A DNA stretch of 64,000 bases from Paracoccus sp. (in: a-proteobacteria) (GTDB lineage Bacteria; Pseudomonadota; Alphaproteobacteria; Rhodobacterales; Rhodobacteraceae), in NCBI GenBank assembly GCA_030538425.1, contig JAUNTZ010000001.1, forward strand, positions 55,454 to 119,453, read 5' to 3'. The notes beneath the pieces were generated by a model that made no database searches, was not told where the DNA came from, and saw only the letters and a program-made list of their open reading frames with translations. Both the position numbers and the translations under genes were made by a program. This document shows, one piece after another, positions 50,297 through 61,567 of the stretch; positions within the stretch are counted from its first letter, which is position 1, and every line of letters starts with the position of its first letter.

Positions 50297-51135
50297 TGAG
50301 CATGATTTCTGCCAATGCCTTCACCCCCAAAAGCATCCCGCAAGAGGGGATCTGGCAATACCGCACGGGGCCTGGGCGGATACTGGCCTGGCTGGGCTGG
50401 TTTTTGTGCGTCGCTTTGTTCGTGTGGTGCTGGAACCTGATGACCGCGCGCACCAATTGGGGTTTTGTCAACGACGCCCCGCGCGCGGCCTCTGACCTTG
50501 CCAGCCGCGCCTTTCCGCCCCGTTGGTCCTATATGGAGCGGCTTTGGGCGCCCCTTTGGGACACGATCAATATCGCCACGCTTGGCACGCTTCTGGGCAT
50601 TATTCTGGCCGTGCCGCTGGCCTTTTTGGCCGCGTCCAACACGACGCCCTCGCGGCTGATCCTGCGGCCCTTTGCGCTCTTCTGCATCGTCGCCTCGCGC
50701 TCGATCAACTCGCTCATCTGGGCGCTTTTGCTGGTCTCGATCCTTGGGCCGGGGATTCTGGCGGGGATCATCGCGATCGGCTTCCGCTCGGTCGGCTTCA
50801 TCGGCAAACTGCTTTACGAGGCGATCGAGGAGACCGACGTGAAGCAGATCGAGGCGATCACGGCGACAGGCGCCTCGCAGGCGCAGATCCTCAGCTACGG
50901 GATCGTGCCGCAGGTGCTGCCCACCTTTTACGGGATCAGCGTGTTCCGCTGGGACATCAATATCCGCGAAAGCGCCATTCTGGGCCTTGTCGGCGCGGGT
51001 GGGCTTGGGATGCAGCTGAGCAGCAGCCTCAACCAGTTGGCATGGCCGCAGGTGTCGCTGATCATCCTTGTGGTGCTGGCCACCGTGGTGGTGAGCGAGT
51101 GGGTCTCGGCGAAAGTGCGGCATGCGGTGATTTGA
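50296..51135 (+). CDS. phnE: Phosphonate ABC permease, second copy
   Basis: GKLLYEAIE, RWDINIRES..GLVGAGGLG; exact start uncertain. Confidence 0.92.
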   Translation: MSMISANAFTPKSIPQEGIWQYRTGPGRILAWLGWFLCVALFVWCWNLMTARTNWGFVNDAPRAASDLASRAFPPRWSYMERLWAPLWDTINIATLGTLLGIILAVPLAFLAASNTTPSRLILRPFALFCIVASRSINSLIWALLLVSILGPGILAGIIAIGFRSVGFIGKLLYEAIEETDVKQIEAITATGASQAQILSYGIVPQVLPTFYGISVFRWDINIRESAILGLVGAGGLGMQLSSSLNQLAWPQVSLIILVVLATVVVSEWVSAKVRHAVI

Positions 51136-51399
51136 TGGGGGGCTTGTCGAAGGAAACTGCGGTGCCGGTGGGGCAGGGCAGCCGTCTCTGTTTTCCAGAC
51201 CTCGATCTGGATGACCCGCTTATCTCCGCTGTCGCTGCGGCGCGTCGGGGGTCTGCCGCCCGCCTAAGCGGCAAGGAACCATCCGCAAGCTCGATATTGA
51301 CTGCATTCGCGGCAGGAATATAGGCTTGCCGTGCGGCATTACGACCACAGGCTCGCCGGGCGGGTCTGGTCCACATAGCCGCCAAACAAGAGGTTTTCG

Positions 51400-51948
51400 A
51401 TGTCCAACTCAGCCGGAAAAGGGCCCGTGCCGCGCGGGATCAACCATATCGGGCTGACCGTGCCCGATCTGGATGCCGCAACCGATTTCCTGCGCGCGGG
51501 CTTGGGCGCGCTTTACTGCTATGACGGGCTGACCCGCGACGATCCCCCGCGTGAGGGCGAGGAGGTCGAACGCCAGCTTGGATTGCCCAAAGGCGCACGG
51601 ATCTTGCGGCAGCGGATGCTGCGGATCGGCAACGGGCCGGGGCTGGAGCTGTTCGAGATCGAGACTGACGACAGCGCCCCCGCGCCGGGCCTTGCGGACA
51701 AGGGCTGGAACCATATCAGCCTTTATTGCGACGATCTGCCCGGCGTCCTAGCGCGACTGGTGGAAGCTGGCGGCGAGCCTTTGTCCGAGATTCACGGCAA
51801 CTCTGCCCATGAGGACACGCCGGGCAATGGCAGTGTCTATGTCCGCCCGCCATGGGGCGGCCTGATAGAGCTGCAAACCATCCCCGGCGGCTATCGCTAT
51901 GGCCCCGATGCCGAGGCCGAGGCCTGGCTGCCCGAACGCGATACATGA
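51400..51948 (+). CDS. VOC (glyoxalase-like) family protein
   Basis: GINHIGLTVPDLDAA, GLELFE, GWNHI, PWGGLIEL. Confidence 0.88.
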   Translation: MSNSAGKGPVPRGINHIGLTVPDLDAATDFLRAGLGALYCYDGLTRDDPPREGEEVERQLGLPKGARILRQRMLRIGNGPGLELFEIETDDSAPAPGLADKGWNHISLYCDDLPGVLARLVEAGGEPLSEIHGNSAHEDTPGNGSVYVRPPWGGLIELQTIPGGYRYGPDAEAEAWLPERDT

Positions 51949-51991
51949 CAAAAGGGCGGGCCGGTGAGCCCGCGACCTGTTCCATTGTGAG

Positions 51992-52065
51992 GCGCAGGGG
52001 CTTTGGGGTGCAGGGGCTTTCGGGCGCACTTGTTTTTGGGGCGCACGGGTTTGGGTGGCACCCGG
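51992..52065 (+). repeat. Imperfect ~16-bp G-rich tandem repeat (4-5 units)
   Basis: GCGCAGGGGCTTTGGG / GTGCAGGGGCTTTCGG / GCGCACTTGTTTTTGGG / GCGCACGGGTTTGGGT. Confidence 0.55.
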
Positions 52066-52549
52066 CGCGCTTGTGGGATCGGGCCCCTCTATCATGCACG
52101 AAAATGGCGCCCCGAGGATCAGCCTGACGCGACCCATGATCGGTCTTGCCGCGTGGCGGGCCAGTCGGGCCTGGGGATATTTCCGAGAAGAACGGCGCGC
52201 GACGATCCGCGCCTTGCTCTGGAAGCAGATCGACCGATCCTCATCGACTGTCGGCAATATCCTCCTTCTCACCGGGGGTTAACCGTATTCCTCACGCAGC
52301 CATCTTCAGATGCGTCGCGGGAATGACCTTTGCGGTTGACCACCGGCGAAACTCAGCCGGACACCGCTCAATCCGCGTGAACAGGAACAAGCTCATTCTC
52401 ACTTCGCAAGCCTGCGCAAGAGCGTTGGGCTTTCCTCGCCATCCAAGGCCCGCCGTCCGAATTGCGATGACGGCAAAACTCTGGTTAAAGAAGCCCGGTG
52501 AACCGCCAAACTCTGCCGATGTCGCGGGTCTGCCAGTGACGGAGCGTTA

Positions 52550-53581
52550 ATGATTAATCACTCTAATTCAGCATCTCGGGACGCGCCGCATAGGCTCTCC
52601 GTCGCCCCCATGATGGACTGGACCGACCGGTTTTGTCGGGGCTTTCATCGTGTCCTGTCGCGCCGTGCCGTGCTTTATACAGAGATGGTGACCGCGCCCG
52701 CCATCATCCACGGCCCGCGCGAAAGGCTCATGCGCTATGATCAGGCTGAGCATCCGGTCGTGCTTCAGCTTGGCGGCTCGGACCCGCAGGAGCTGGCGCG
52801 GGCGACCGCGCTTGCCGCGCCATGGGGCTATGATGAGATCAACCTGAATGTGGGCTGCCCCTCGGACCGGGTGCAATCGGGCTGTTTCGGCGCGGTGCTG
52901 ATGAAAGACCCCGCGCTTGTGGCGGCTTGTGTGAGCGCGATGCAGGCCGAAAGCCCGGTGCCGGTCACGGTCAAGTGCCGCATCGGCGTGGATGAGCAAA
53001 ACCCCGCCGAGGTGCTGCCCGATTTTCTGGGGCGGATGCAGGATGCGGGGCTCACCCGCGTTGTAATCCATGCCCGCAAGGCGTGGTTGCAGGGCCTGTC
53101 GCCCAAGGATAACCGAGAGATCCCGCCGCTCGATTGCCCGCTTGTCCATGCGATGAAGGCGCGTTTTCCGGGGCTTGACCTGTCGATCAATGGCGGTATC
53201 GCCTCGCTGGACGCCGTGCGGGATCATCTGAGCGTGATGGACGGGGTGATGGTGGGGCGCGCGGCCTATCATCAGCCCTGGGATATCCTTGGCGCGGCGG
53301 ACCTGCTGTGGGATCAGGCCCCGCCCCTTGCAACCCCGGTCGAGGCCGCCCGCGCGATGCGCGAACCGATTGCCCGCTGGCTGGAGGAGGGCGCGCGGAT
53401 TCACCAGATCACGCGGCATATGTTGGGCCTGTTCCACGCTCTGCCGGGGGCGCGGCTTTGGCGGCGCACCCTGTCCGAGGGCGCATCAAAGGCCGAAACC
53501 GCGTCGCAGGGGCTTGCGCTTTATGACGCGGCATTGGATCAGGTGGTCCAAGCAATCGAGGCCGCCCCATGTCCGAACTGA
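52550..53581 (+). CDS. dusA: tRNA-dihydrouridine(20/20a) synthase
   Basis: SVAPMMDWTDR, QLGGSDP, NLNVGCPSDRVQ, HARKAWLQGLSPK. Confidence 0.95.
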   Translation: MINHSNSASRDAPHRLSVAPMMDWTDRFCRGFHRVLSRRAVLYTEMVTAPAIIHGPRERLMRYDQAEHPVVLQLGGSDPQELARATALAAPWGYDEINLNVGCPSDRVQSGCFGAVLMKDPALVAACVSAMQAESPVPVTVKCRIGVDEQNPAEVLPDFLGRMQDAGLTRVVIHARKAWLQGLSPKDNREIPPLDCPLVHAMKARFPGLDLSINGGIASLDAVRDHLSVMDGVMVGRAAYHQPWDILGAADLLWDQAPPLATPVEAARAMREPIARWLEEGARIHQITRHMLGLFHALPGARLWRRTLSEGASKAETASQGLALYDAALDQVVQAIEAAPCPN

Positions 53582-54387
53582 TCCCCCAGCTTATCATGGC
53601 CGCCCTGTTTCTGGCGGCCATTGGCGGTTTTGCGGGGGTCCTGGCCGGGCTCTTGGGGGTGGGCGGCGGAATCGTTCTGGTGCCGGCGTTCTTTTACCTG
53701 TTCAGTGCGGCGGGTTATGGCTCAGACTCGCTGATGCAGATTTGCCTCGCGACCTCGCTTGCCACGATCATCGTGACCTCGGCGCGCTCGGTTCTGGCGC
53801 ATCACCGGCGCGGCGCGGTCGATTGGCAGATCCTGCGCGACTGGGCCGTGTGGATCGCGGCGGGGGCGGTGGCGGGCGTGCTGACCGTGGCGCAATTGCG
53901 CACCGTGACCTTGCAGATCATCTTTGGCGGGCTGTTGGTGATGATCGCGACCTTCATGATGTTCAGCCGCCCCGAATGGCGTCTTGCGCCCGAAATGCCG
54001 CAGGGGATGCGCAAATGGGTGATGGGCGTGTTCACCGGGTTTTTGTCGGTGCTGCTGGGCATTGGCGGCGGCTCGATCGGGGTGCCGCTGATGACGCTGC
54101 ATGGCCGCCCGATCCATCGCGCGGTGGCCACGGCGGCAGGGTTCGGGGTGCTGATCGCGGTGCCCTCTGTGCTGCTGTTTCTGGCCACTCCGGCGCTGAA
54201 CGCGCCGCCCTGGACAGTCGGGTCGGTCAATCTGCCCGCCTTTTTGGTGGTGATCGCCATGACCCTGCTGACCGCGCCTTACGGGGCGGCGCTTGCGCAT
54301 CGGCTTGATGCGGGGCGGCTCAAGCGGGTCTTTGCCGTCTTTCTTGCGCTTGTTGCGTTAAATATGCTGCGCAAAGCATTGTTCTGA
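53569..54387 (+). CDS. TauE/SafE (TSUP) family exporter
   Basis: [16 protein letters not shown] repeat; multiple TM segments. Confidence 0.9.
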   Translation: MSELIPQLIMAALFLAAIGGFAGVLAGLLGVGGGIVLVPAFFYLFSAAGYGSDSLMQICLATSLATIIVTSARSVLAHHRRGAVDWQILRDWAVWIAAGAVAGVLTVAQLRTVTLQIIFGGLLVMIATFMMFSRPEWRLAPEMPQGMRKWVMGVFTGFLSVLLGIGGGSIGVPLMTLHGRPIHRAVATAAGFGVLIAVPSVLLFLATPALNAPPWTVGSVNLPAFLVVIAMTLLTAPYGAALAHRLDAGRLKRVFAVFLALVALNMLRKALF

Positions 54388-54398
54388 AAGGAATCCTT

Positions 54399-55733
54399 AT
54401 GTCTCACGGTCCCGTTCAACCGATGTCGTCGCGCGCCTCTGGTCCGCTGAAGGGCGTGGCGCTTGTGCCGGGCGACAAGTCGATCAGCCATCGCGCGCTG
54501 ATCCTTGGCGCGCTGTCGGTGGGTGAGACGCGGATTACCGGCCTCTTGGAGGGGCAGGACGTTCTGGACACCGCCGAGGCGATGCGCGCCTTTGGTGCCA
54601 CGGTCACGCAGCAGGGCCCCGGCGAATGGTCGGTGCAGGGCGTGGGCGTGGGCGGGTTTTCCGAGCCCGAAGGCGTGATCGACTGCGGCAACTCCGGCAC
54701 CGGCGTGCGGCTGATCATGGCGACCATGGCGACCACGCCGATCACCGCCACCTTTACCGGCGATGCCAGCCTCTCACGCCGCCCGATGGCGCGCATCACC
54801 GACCCGCTGTCGCAATTCGGGGCCCGGATCACCGCCCGCGAGGGTGGGCTTTTGCCGGTGACGATCCGCGGCGCGGCGGACCCGGTGCCGCTGCGCTATA
54901 AAACGCCGGTGGCAAGCGCGCAGATCAAATCGGCGGTGCTGCTGGCGGGGCTGAATGCGCCGGGTGAAACGGTCGTGATCGAGGCCGAGCCCTCACGCGA
55001 TCATTCCGAGCGGATGCTGCGCGGCTTTGGCGCGACGATCCGCACCGAGATCACGGAGGAAGGCCATGTCATCACCCTGCAAGGCCGGCCTGAGCTGCGC
55101 GCGCAACCCGTGGCGGTGCCGCGCGATCCGTCCTCGGCGGCTTTTCCGGTGGCGGCGGCGCTGATCGTGCCGGGCTCGGAAATCCGGGTTGAGGGGATCT
55201 CTCGCAACCCGACCCGCGACGGGTTTTATGTGACTTTGGAGGAGATGGGCGCGGATCTGGAATGGCTGAACCCGCGCGAAGAAGGCGGTGAGCCCGTGGC
55301 CGATCTGGTGGTGCGCCATTCGGCCTTGCGCGGGGTCTTTGTGCCTGCGGAACGCGCGGTCAGCATGATCGACGAATTTCCGATCCTTTCCGTGGTCGCG
55401 GCCTTTGCCAATGGCGACACGGTGATGAACGGCGTGGCCGAGCTGCGCGTCAAGGAATCCGACCGCATCGACGCGATGGCAAAGGGGCTGCGCGCCAATG
55501 GCGTGGCGGTGGATGAGACCCCGGACAGCATGACCGTGCGCGGGCAGGGGCGCCTGCCGGGCGGCGGTGCGCCGGTCGAAACCCATCTGGATCACCGCAT
55601 CGCCATGTCCTTTCTGGTCGGCGGTCTTGCGGCCGAGCGGCCTGTCAGCATCGACGATGGCGGCGCGATTGCGACCTCTTTCCCCGATTTTCTGCCGCTC
55701 ATGCGGCAATTGGGCGCCGAACTGGACGGCTGA
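54399..55733 (+). CDS. aroA: 3-phosphoshikimate 1-carboxyvinyltransferase
   Basis: [36 protein letters not shown]. Confidence 0.97.
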   Translation: MSHGPVQPMSSRASGPLKGVALVPGDKSISHRALILGALSVGETRITGLLEGQDVLDTAEAMRAFGATVTQQGPGEWSVQGVGVGGFSEPEGVIDCGNSGTGVRLIMATMATTPITATFTGDASLSRRPMARITDPLSQFGARITAREGGLLPVTIRGAADPVPLRYKTPVASAQIKSAVLLAGLNAPGETVVIEAEPSRDHSERMLRGFGATIRTEITEEGHVITLQGRPELRAQPVAVPRDPSSAAFPVAAALIVPGSEIRVEGISRNPTRDGFYVTLEEMGADLEWLNPREEGGEPVADLVVRHSALRGVFVPAERAVSMIDEFPILSVVAAFANGDTVMNGVAELRVKESDRIDAMAKGLRANGVAVDETPDSMTVRGQGRLPGGGAPVETHLDHRIAMSFLVGGLAAERPVSIDDGGAIATSFPDFLPLMRQLGAELDG

Positions 55734-55790
55734 GACACTGGACCCGCGCCGCGCTTTGCGGCATAGCAGGAACAAAGCAACGAGGTTCCC

Positions 55791-56162
55791 ATGGCGTTTT
55801 TCCGAAAGCTGTTCACCTGGTGGAGCGGGCAGACCCTCAACACCCAGTTCTGGACCTGGCGCAACGGCACCAAGGTCGGTGAGGACGAACAGGGCAACAT
55901 CTATTACGAATCGGCCAAGGGCCGGCGTTGGGTGATCTATAACGGTGAATCGGAGGCCAGCCGGGTGTCGTCCGACTGGCACGGCTGGTTGCATCACACC
56001 TTCAAGGAACCGCCGACCAAGGCGCCCTTGGTGCATCGCGAATGGGAATTGCCGCATCAGCCGAACATGACCGGCACGCCCGCGGCCTATTATCCCAAAG
56101 GCTCGCTCTATCACGCCGACCCCGCGCAGCGCAGCGATTACGAAGCGTGGAAGCCCGAATGA
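55791..56162 (+). CDS. NADH:ubiquinone oxidoreductase subunit NDUFA12
   Basis: [30 protein letters not shown]. Confidence 0.92.
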   Translation: MAFFRKLFTWWSGQTLNTQFWTWRNGTKVGEDEQGNIYYESAKGRRWVIYNGESEASRVSSDWHGWLHHTFKEPPTKAPLVHREWELPHQPNMTGTPAAYYPKGSLYHADPAQRSDYEAWKPE

Positions 56163-56515
56163 TCCGCTGTCTCGCGCTTGGGTTTGCGCTGATCGTGAGC
56201 CCGGCTGCGGCGCAAGAGGTCTCGCGCGGTCAGGGCGCGATTTTGCGGCTGCTGGACAAGGTGTCCTCGGTGACGACCGATCTTGATTTGCAGGTCGGGC
56301 AAAGCGTGGATTACGGGCGGCTGACCCTGCGTCTGGGGGAATGCCGCTATCCCTCGGGCGACCCCAATTCCGACGCTTTCGCGCAGATGGTGATTATCGA
56401 CCGCCGCGCCGGGGCGACCGTGTTCGACGGCTGGATGATTGCGTCCTCGCCCGCGCTTTCGGCTTTGGACGATGCGCGTTATGACGTCTGGGTTCTGTCC
56501 TGCAAGACAAGCTGA
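56159..56515 (+). CDS. DUF2155 domain protein
   Basis: [32 protein letters not shown]. Confidence 0.88.
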   Translation: MIRCLALGFALIVSPAAAQEVSRGQGAILRLLDKVSSVTTDLDLQVGQSVDYGRLTLRLGECRYPSGDPNSDAFAQMVIIDRRAGATVFDGWMIASSPALSALDDARYDVWVLSCKTS

Positions 56516-57111
56516 GCGGCAGGCGGCAAGCCCCCCGCATCAAAGCGCGGCGCCCGCTCAAGCGCGTGGCGCAGCCTTGCGTGATAGGCGGCGCGGGTGA
56601 TGGTCTGGCCGCCCAATGAGGCCAGATGCGGGGTCGGGAATTGCGTGTCCCAGAGCGTGAAGCCGCGCCGCGCCAGATGATCCGACAGCCAGATCAGCGC
56701 GGCCTTGGAACCGTTGGGCCTGCGTGAGAACATCGATTCGGCACAAAACGCCCCGCCAATCGCGATGCCGTAAACCCCGCCGATCAAACCCTCGCCGTTA
56801 TAAACCGCAATCGAATGGGCAAACCCCGCCTCATGCAGCGCGGAATAAAGCCTGCGCAGCGGCGCGTTGATCCAGGTCTCAGCCCGGTCGGCGCAGCCGT
56901 CGATCACGGCCTCAAAGTCGCGATTGATTGCCGCCTGCCAACCGCAAGACCGCAGATGCCTGCGCATCGAGCGCGAGACATGCAGCCCGCCCACCGGCAG
57001 GATGCCGCGTTCGGGCGGATCGCACCAGAACAGCGCCGGATCATCGGCGCGTTCGGCCATGGGAAACACGCCCGCCGCATAGGCATTCAGCATATCGGCG
57101 GGCGAGATCAC
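56479..57111 (-). CDS. aat: Leucyl/phenylalanyl-tRNA-protein transferase
   Basis: AYAAGVFPMA, TWIN, GGAFCAESMFS..SKAAL, DTQF.TPHL. Confidence 0.94.
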   Translation of the reverse strand: MISPADMLNAYAAGVFPMAERADDPALFWCDPPERGILPVGGLHVSRSMRRHLRSCGWQAAINRDFEAVIDGCADRAETWINAPLRRLYSALHEAGFAHSIAVYNGEGLIGGVYGIAIGGAFCAESMFSRRPNGSKAALIWLSDHLARRGFTLWDTQFPTPHLASLGGQTITRAAYHARLRHALERAPRFDAGGLPPAAQLVLQDRTQTS

Positions 57112-57112
57112 C

Positions 57113-58459
57113 TCAGGCGACGTTTTCCGACAGCCACCGTTCCAGCCAGTGGATCGAGTAATTGCCGCGCCGGATATCGGGCTCACGGACAAGCGCGCGG
57201 AACAGCGGCGTGGTTGTGTCCACCCCGTCTACCACCAGTTCCGACAGCGCCCGTTCCAGCCGTGCCAAAGCCTCATCCCTGCTCGCGCCATGCACGATCA
57301 GCTTGGCAATCAGGCTGTCATAATAGGGCGGGATCACATAGCCGTCGAAAATCGCGCTGTCCATCCGCACGCCCAGACCGCCCGGCGCGTGATACTGGGT
57401 GATCTTGCCGGGGCAGGGGGTAAAGTTCGGCAGCCGCTCGGCATTGATGCGCACCTCGATGGCATGGCCGTTGATCGTCAGATCGTCCTGCGCCCATTCC
57501 AGATCCAGACCCGAGGCGACCCGGATCTGCTGGCGGACCAGATCGACGCCGAAAATCGCCTCGGTCACGGGATGCTCGACCTGAAGGCGGGTGTTCATCT
57601 CGATGAAATAGAACTCACCGTCTTCATACAGGAACTCGACCGTGCCGGCGCCGATATAGCCAAGCTCGGCCATCGCATTGGCGCAGATCGTGCCGATGCG
57701 GTTGCGTTCTTCGGGCGTGATCGAGGGGCCGGGGGCCTCTTCGAGCACCTTCTGGTGACGGCGCTGCAAGGAACAATCGCGCTCGCCCAGATGGACCGCG
57801 CGGCCGCGCCCGTCGCCAAAGACCTGAACTTCGATATGGCGCGGTTTTTGCAGGTATTTCTCGATATAGACATCGGGATTGCCAAAGGCCGCCTTGGCCT
57901 CGGAACGCGCGGTGCGAAAGGCAACCTCTAGCCCGGCATCGTCATGGGCGACCTTCATGCCGCGCCCACCGCCGCCTGCCGTGGCCTTGATGATGACCGG
58001 ATAGCCGATCTCGGCGGCGACGCGCCTTGCATCCTCGACCTCGTTCACGCCGCCATCCGAGCCGGGAACGACCGGGATGCCCAGTGCCTTGGCAGTATCC
58101 TTGGCGGTGATCTTGTCGCCCATGATGCGGATATGTTCCGCCTTGGGGCCGATAAAGGTGATGCCGTGATCTTCCAGCATCTGCGCGAAACCGGCATTTT
58201 CCGACAAAAAGCCATAGCCCGGATGCACAGCCTGCGCGCCGGTGATTTCACAGGCGGCAATAATCGCGGCGGGGTTGAGATAGCTTTCGGACGAGGGCGG
58301 CGGACCGATGCAGACCGATTCATCGGCCATGCGCACGAACATCGCATTGGTGTCGGCGGTCGAATGGACCGCGACCGAGGCGATGCCCATCTCGCGGCAG
58401 GCGCGGATCACCCGCAGCGCGATCTCGCCGCGATTGGCGATCAGGATTTTTTCGAACAT
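57113..58459 (-). CDS. accC: Acetyl-CoA carboxylase biotin carboxylase
   Basis: KILIANRGEIA, HPGYGFLSEN, GGGGRGM, EMNTRLQVEHPVTE. Confidence 0.97.
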   Translation of the reverse strand: MFEKILIANRGEIALRVIRACREMGIASVAVHSTADTNAMFVRMADESVCIGPPPSSESYLNPAAIIAACEITGAQAVHPGYGFLSENAGFAQMLEDHGITFIGPKAEHIRIMGDKITAKDTAKALGIPVVPGSDGGVNEVEDARRVAAEIGYPVIIKATAGGGGRGMKVAHDDAGLEVAFRTARSEAKAAFGNPDVYIEKYLQKPRHIEVQVFGDGRGRAVHLGERDCSLQRRHQKVLEEAPGPSITPEERNRIGTICANAMAELGYIGAGTVEFLYEDGEFYFIEMNTRLQVEHPVTEAIFGVDLVRQQIRVASGLDLEWAQDDLTINGHAIEVRINAERLPNFTPCPGKITQYHAPGGLGVRMDSAIFDGYVIPPYYDSLIAKLIVHGASRDEALARLERALSELVVDGVDTTTPLFRALVREPDIRRGNYSIHWLERWLSENVA

Positions 58460-58466
58460 CCGCGCC

Positions 58467-58991
58467 TCATTCCACGACCATCAGGGGCGCGCCGAACTCG
58501 ACCGGGCTGCCATCATCGACCAGAATGCGGCGCACCGTGCCCGCGCGCGGGCTGGGAATGTGGTTCATCGTCTTCATCGCCTCGACGATGAGCAGCGTAT
58601 CGCCCTCGGCCACTTGCTGGCCAATGGTGACGAAGGGCGCGGCCCCCGGCTCGGCGGCCAGATAGGCGGTGCCGACCATGGGCGAGGTGATTGCGCCGGG
58701 CAGCTCAGCCGGATCGGCGGCGGTCGCGCCCGGTGTCGCGGTGGGCGTGGCGGGCGATTGCGGCGCGGGCGCGGCGGGGGCCAGTGCGACCGGGGCAGGG
58801 GCCGCCTGCACCGCGACCTGCTTGCCGTATTTCGACAGGCTGACCGTCAGGCGGTCGTTTTCGTCATATTCGCGCTTGACCGAGATCTCGCTCAGGTCGC
58901 TTTTGTTCAGCAATTCGGCAAGCGACTGGATGAAGGCCACGTCACCTTCGTGATATTTGTCGTATTTGCCCGGTTTGGCGTCGTCACTCAT
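58467..58991 (-). CDS. accB: Biotin carboxyl carrier protein
   Basis: SPMVGT, EAMKTM. Confidence 0.96.
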   Translation of the reverse strand: MSDDAKPGKYDKYHEGDVAFIQSLAELLNKSDLSEISVKREYDENDRLTVSLSKYGKQVAVQAAPAPVALAPAAPAPQSPATPTATPGATAADPAELPGAITSPMVGTAYLAAEPGAAPFVTIGQQVAEGDTLLIVEAMKTMNHIPSPRAGTVRRILVDDGSPVEFGAPLMVVE

Positions 58992-59087
58992 GCGATTTCC
59001 TCTGCCATGTCTCTTTTGCCCGCGTCTTTGCGCGCGGTCACTTGATGATTGCGGGGGTTATAGACGGTTCTGTCCGGCAAGGAAATG

Positions 59088-59408
59088 TCAAACACCGCCC
59101 TCGCGTGCGGCCTTTTCATCCAGCCCCGAAACCCCTGCGCGGCGGTCCAGCTCTGCGCCCACGTCCGCAAGCGAAAGGTCGCGGGCGGCCAGCATCACGG
59201 CAAGGTGAAAGACCACATCGGCGGCCTCGGAGACAAGGCGCGCACGGTCGCCGCGCACCGCCTCGATGATTGCCTCGACGGCTTCCTCACCGAATTTCTC
59301 GGCGCATTTCTCGGGGCCTTTGGCCAGAAGCTGGGCCGTCCAGCTTTCATCCGGCGCGGCGGTCTTGCGCGCCTGAACGGTGGCGTCAAGGCGGTCAAAT
59401 GCGCTCAT
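59088..59408 (-). CDS. hisE: Phosphoribosyl-ATP diphosphatase
   Basis: [23 protein letters not shown]. Confidence 0.95.
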   Translation of the reverse strand: MSAFDRLDATVQARKTAAPDESWTAQLLAKGPEKCAEKFGEEAVEAIIEAVRGDRARLVSEAADVVFHLAVMLAARDLSLADVGAELDRRAGVSGLDEKAAREGGV

Positions 59409-60166
59409 GTCAGCCTCACGGGGATGCCGGCTGCGGCCATATGGGCCTTGGCCTCGCCAATCGTATAGGTGCCGAAATGGAAGATCGAGGCCGCCAGAAC
59501 CGCGCTTGCCCGCCCCTCAGTCACGCCCTCGACCAGATGATCCAGCGTGCCGACGCCCCCCGAGGCGATGACCGGCACGGTGACCGCATCGGCAATCGCA
59601 CGGGTCAGCGGGATGTTGAACCCGGCCTTGGTGCCGTCGCGATCCATCGAGGTCAATAGGATCTCGCCCGCGCCTTTTTGCGTCACCAGCCGCGCGAACT
59701 CGACCGCGTCGATACCGGTGGGTTTGCGCCCGCCATGGGTGAATATCTCCCACCGGCCGGGTGCGACGGTTTTCGCGTCGATGGCGCAGACGATGCATTG
59801 ACTGCCGAAACGGTCTGCGGCCTCGGCGATCACATCGGGGTTCGCCACCGCCGCCGAGTTGAACGACACCTTATCCGCACCGGCCAGAAGCAGAGCGCGC
59901 ACATCTTCGTGAGACCGCACCCCGCCGCCCACGGTCAGCGGGATAAAGCACTGTTCCGCCGTGCGGGTGACCAGATCGAACATGGTGCCGCGATTCTCAT
60001 GGGTGGCGTGAATGTCCAGAAAACACAGCTCATCCGCGCCCGCCGCATCATAGGCCCGCGCCGCCTCCACCGGGTCGCCCGCATCGACCAGATCGACGAA
60101 GTTGACGCCCTTGACCACGCGGCCATCGGCCACGTCGAGACAGGGGATGATGCGGGTTTTCAGCAT
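59405..60166 (-). CDS. hisF: Imidazole glycerol phosphate synthase cyclase subunit
   Basis: [23 protein letters not shown]. Confidence 0.97.
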   Translation of the reverse strand: MLKTRIIPCLDVADGRVVKGVNFVDLVDAGDPVEAARAYDAAGADELCFLDIHATHENRGTMFDLVTRTAEQCFIPLTVGGGVRSHEDVRALLLAGADKVSFNSAAVANPDVIAEAADRFGSQCIVCAIDAKTVAPGRWEIFTHGGRKPTGIDAVEFARLVTQKGAGEILLTSMDRDGTKAGFNIPLTRAIADAVTVPVIASGGVGTLDHLVEGVTEGRASAVLAASIFHFGTYTIGEAKAHMAAAGIPVRLT

Positions 60167-60253
60167 GTGCGAGCCTGGGTCTGGGTTCTTTGAACGGAAC
60201 TCATAAAGCGGCGGGCGGTTGAGGGAAAGTCAGAAGCAACGAAAGGATGCACC

Positions 60254-60706
60254 ATGACCCGCTTTCCCCTGCTGACCGCTGCACTTGCCGCCTTTGCCGC
60301 AGGCCCGGCCTTAGCCGCCGAGGACGACATCACCCGCGTGGCCTCAACCTATTCCGTGACCGAGACCGCCGACCGTCTTGCCGCCGCAGCCGAAGAAAAC
60401 GGCGCGACAGCCTTTGCCCGCGTCGATCATGGCGCAGGCGCGCGCGGGGTTGGCTCGGATATCGGAGAGTCCGAATTGCTGATCTTCGGCAACCCGCAGG
60501 CCGGAACGCCGGTGATGGTCGAAAACCGGCTGGCCGGGCTGATGCTGCCGCTGAAGGTTCTGGTTTACGAGGATGCCGAAGGGCAGGTCTGGCTGGCCTA
60601 TGAGGATCTGGCCGACCGGCTCGACGATCTGGACGGCGTGAACGATGCCACCGCCGCGCCGCTGATGGGCGCGCTGCGCAACCTGACCGAGGGCGCCGCC
60701 AACTGA
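60254..60706 (+). CDS. DUF302 domain protein (exported)
   Basis: FARVDH..GA, LLIFGNPQAGTPVM, LPLKVLV. Confidence 0.88.
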   Translation: MTRFPLLTAALAAFAAGPALAAEDDITRVASTYSVTETADRLAAAAEENGATAFARVDHGAGARGVGSDIGESELLIFGNPQAGTPVMVENRLAGLMLPLKVLVYEDAEGQVWLAYEDLADRLDDLDGVNDATAAPLMGALRNLTEGAAN

Positions 60707-60850
60707 CGTTGTGCGGTTGCTGCATTTGGCTCCGTCCGGTTCGCGGGGCGGGGCTTTTTTTGTGGTTGAGAGAGGGGATCGCTGGCCGCTCGGCCCGCTC
60801 TTGCGATGATAGCGGCCCCGGTCAGGCAGGACCGCGCTTGCCCCTGCGCG

Positions 60851-61567
60851 CTATTTCAGCGCCGCCAAAGCCTCGGCCAGATCAATCGCCCCGTCATAAA
60901 GTGCGCGGCCCGAAATCGCGCCTGCCACCACGCCGCCGCGTTTGAGCGCCAGCAGATCGTCAAGCGTCGAGACCCCGCCCGAGGCGATGACGGGGATCGA
61001 GACCGCGCGGGCAAGCGCCTCAGTCGCGGCAGTGTTCGGGCCTTCCATCGCGCCGTCTCGGTCGATGTCGGTGTAGATGATCGCGGCCACGCCCGCATCC
61101 TCGAAACGGCGGGCCAGATCGATGGCCATGATCTCGGTCTCCTCGGCCCAGCCACGGGTCGCGACCCGGCCCTTGCGGGCGTCGATGCCGACCGCGACCT
61201 GACCCGGAAAGGCGCGGGCGGCCTCGCGCACCAGATCGGGGTTTTCCACCGCCACGGTGCCAAGGATCACCCGCGCCAGCCCGCGCGACAGCCAGCCCTC
61301 AACCGTGGCCATATCGCGGATGCCGCCGCCCAGTTGCGCGGGGATGTCGGTCGCGGCCAAAATCGCCTCAACCGCCGCCGCATTCACCGGTGCGCCAGCA
61401 AAGGCGCCGTTGAGATCCACCAGATGCAGCCACTCGGCCTCCGCATCCTGAAAGGCGCGGGCCTGCGCGGCCGGATCATCGCCGAACACGGTCGCGGCAT
61501 TCATGTCACCGCGCAGCAGGCGCACGCATTGGCCGTCTTTGAGGTCGATGGCGGGGTAAAGGATCAT
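60851..61567 (-). CDS. hisA: ProFAR isomerase
   Basis: [35 protein letters not shown]. Confidence 0.97.
   Translation of the reverse strand: MILYPAIDLKDGQCVRLLRGDMNAATVFGDDPAAQARAFQDAEAEWLHLVDLNGAFAGAPVNAAAVEAILAATDIPAQLGGGIRDMATVEGWLSRGLARVILGTVAVENPDLVREAARAFPGQVAVGIDARKGRVATRGWAEETEIMAIDLARRFEDAGVAAIIYTDIDRDGAMEGPNTAATEALARAVSIPVIASGGVSTLDDLLALKRGGVVAGAISGRALYDGAIDLAEALAALK

Noticed and set aside
51135-51330. Small ORF after phnE, or an antibiotic-biosynthesis-monooxygenase relic on the minus strand (RVIQIEVWKTE)
   Set aside because: Too short and degenerate to support either call
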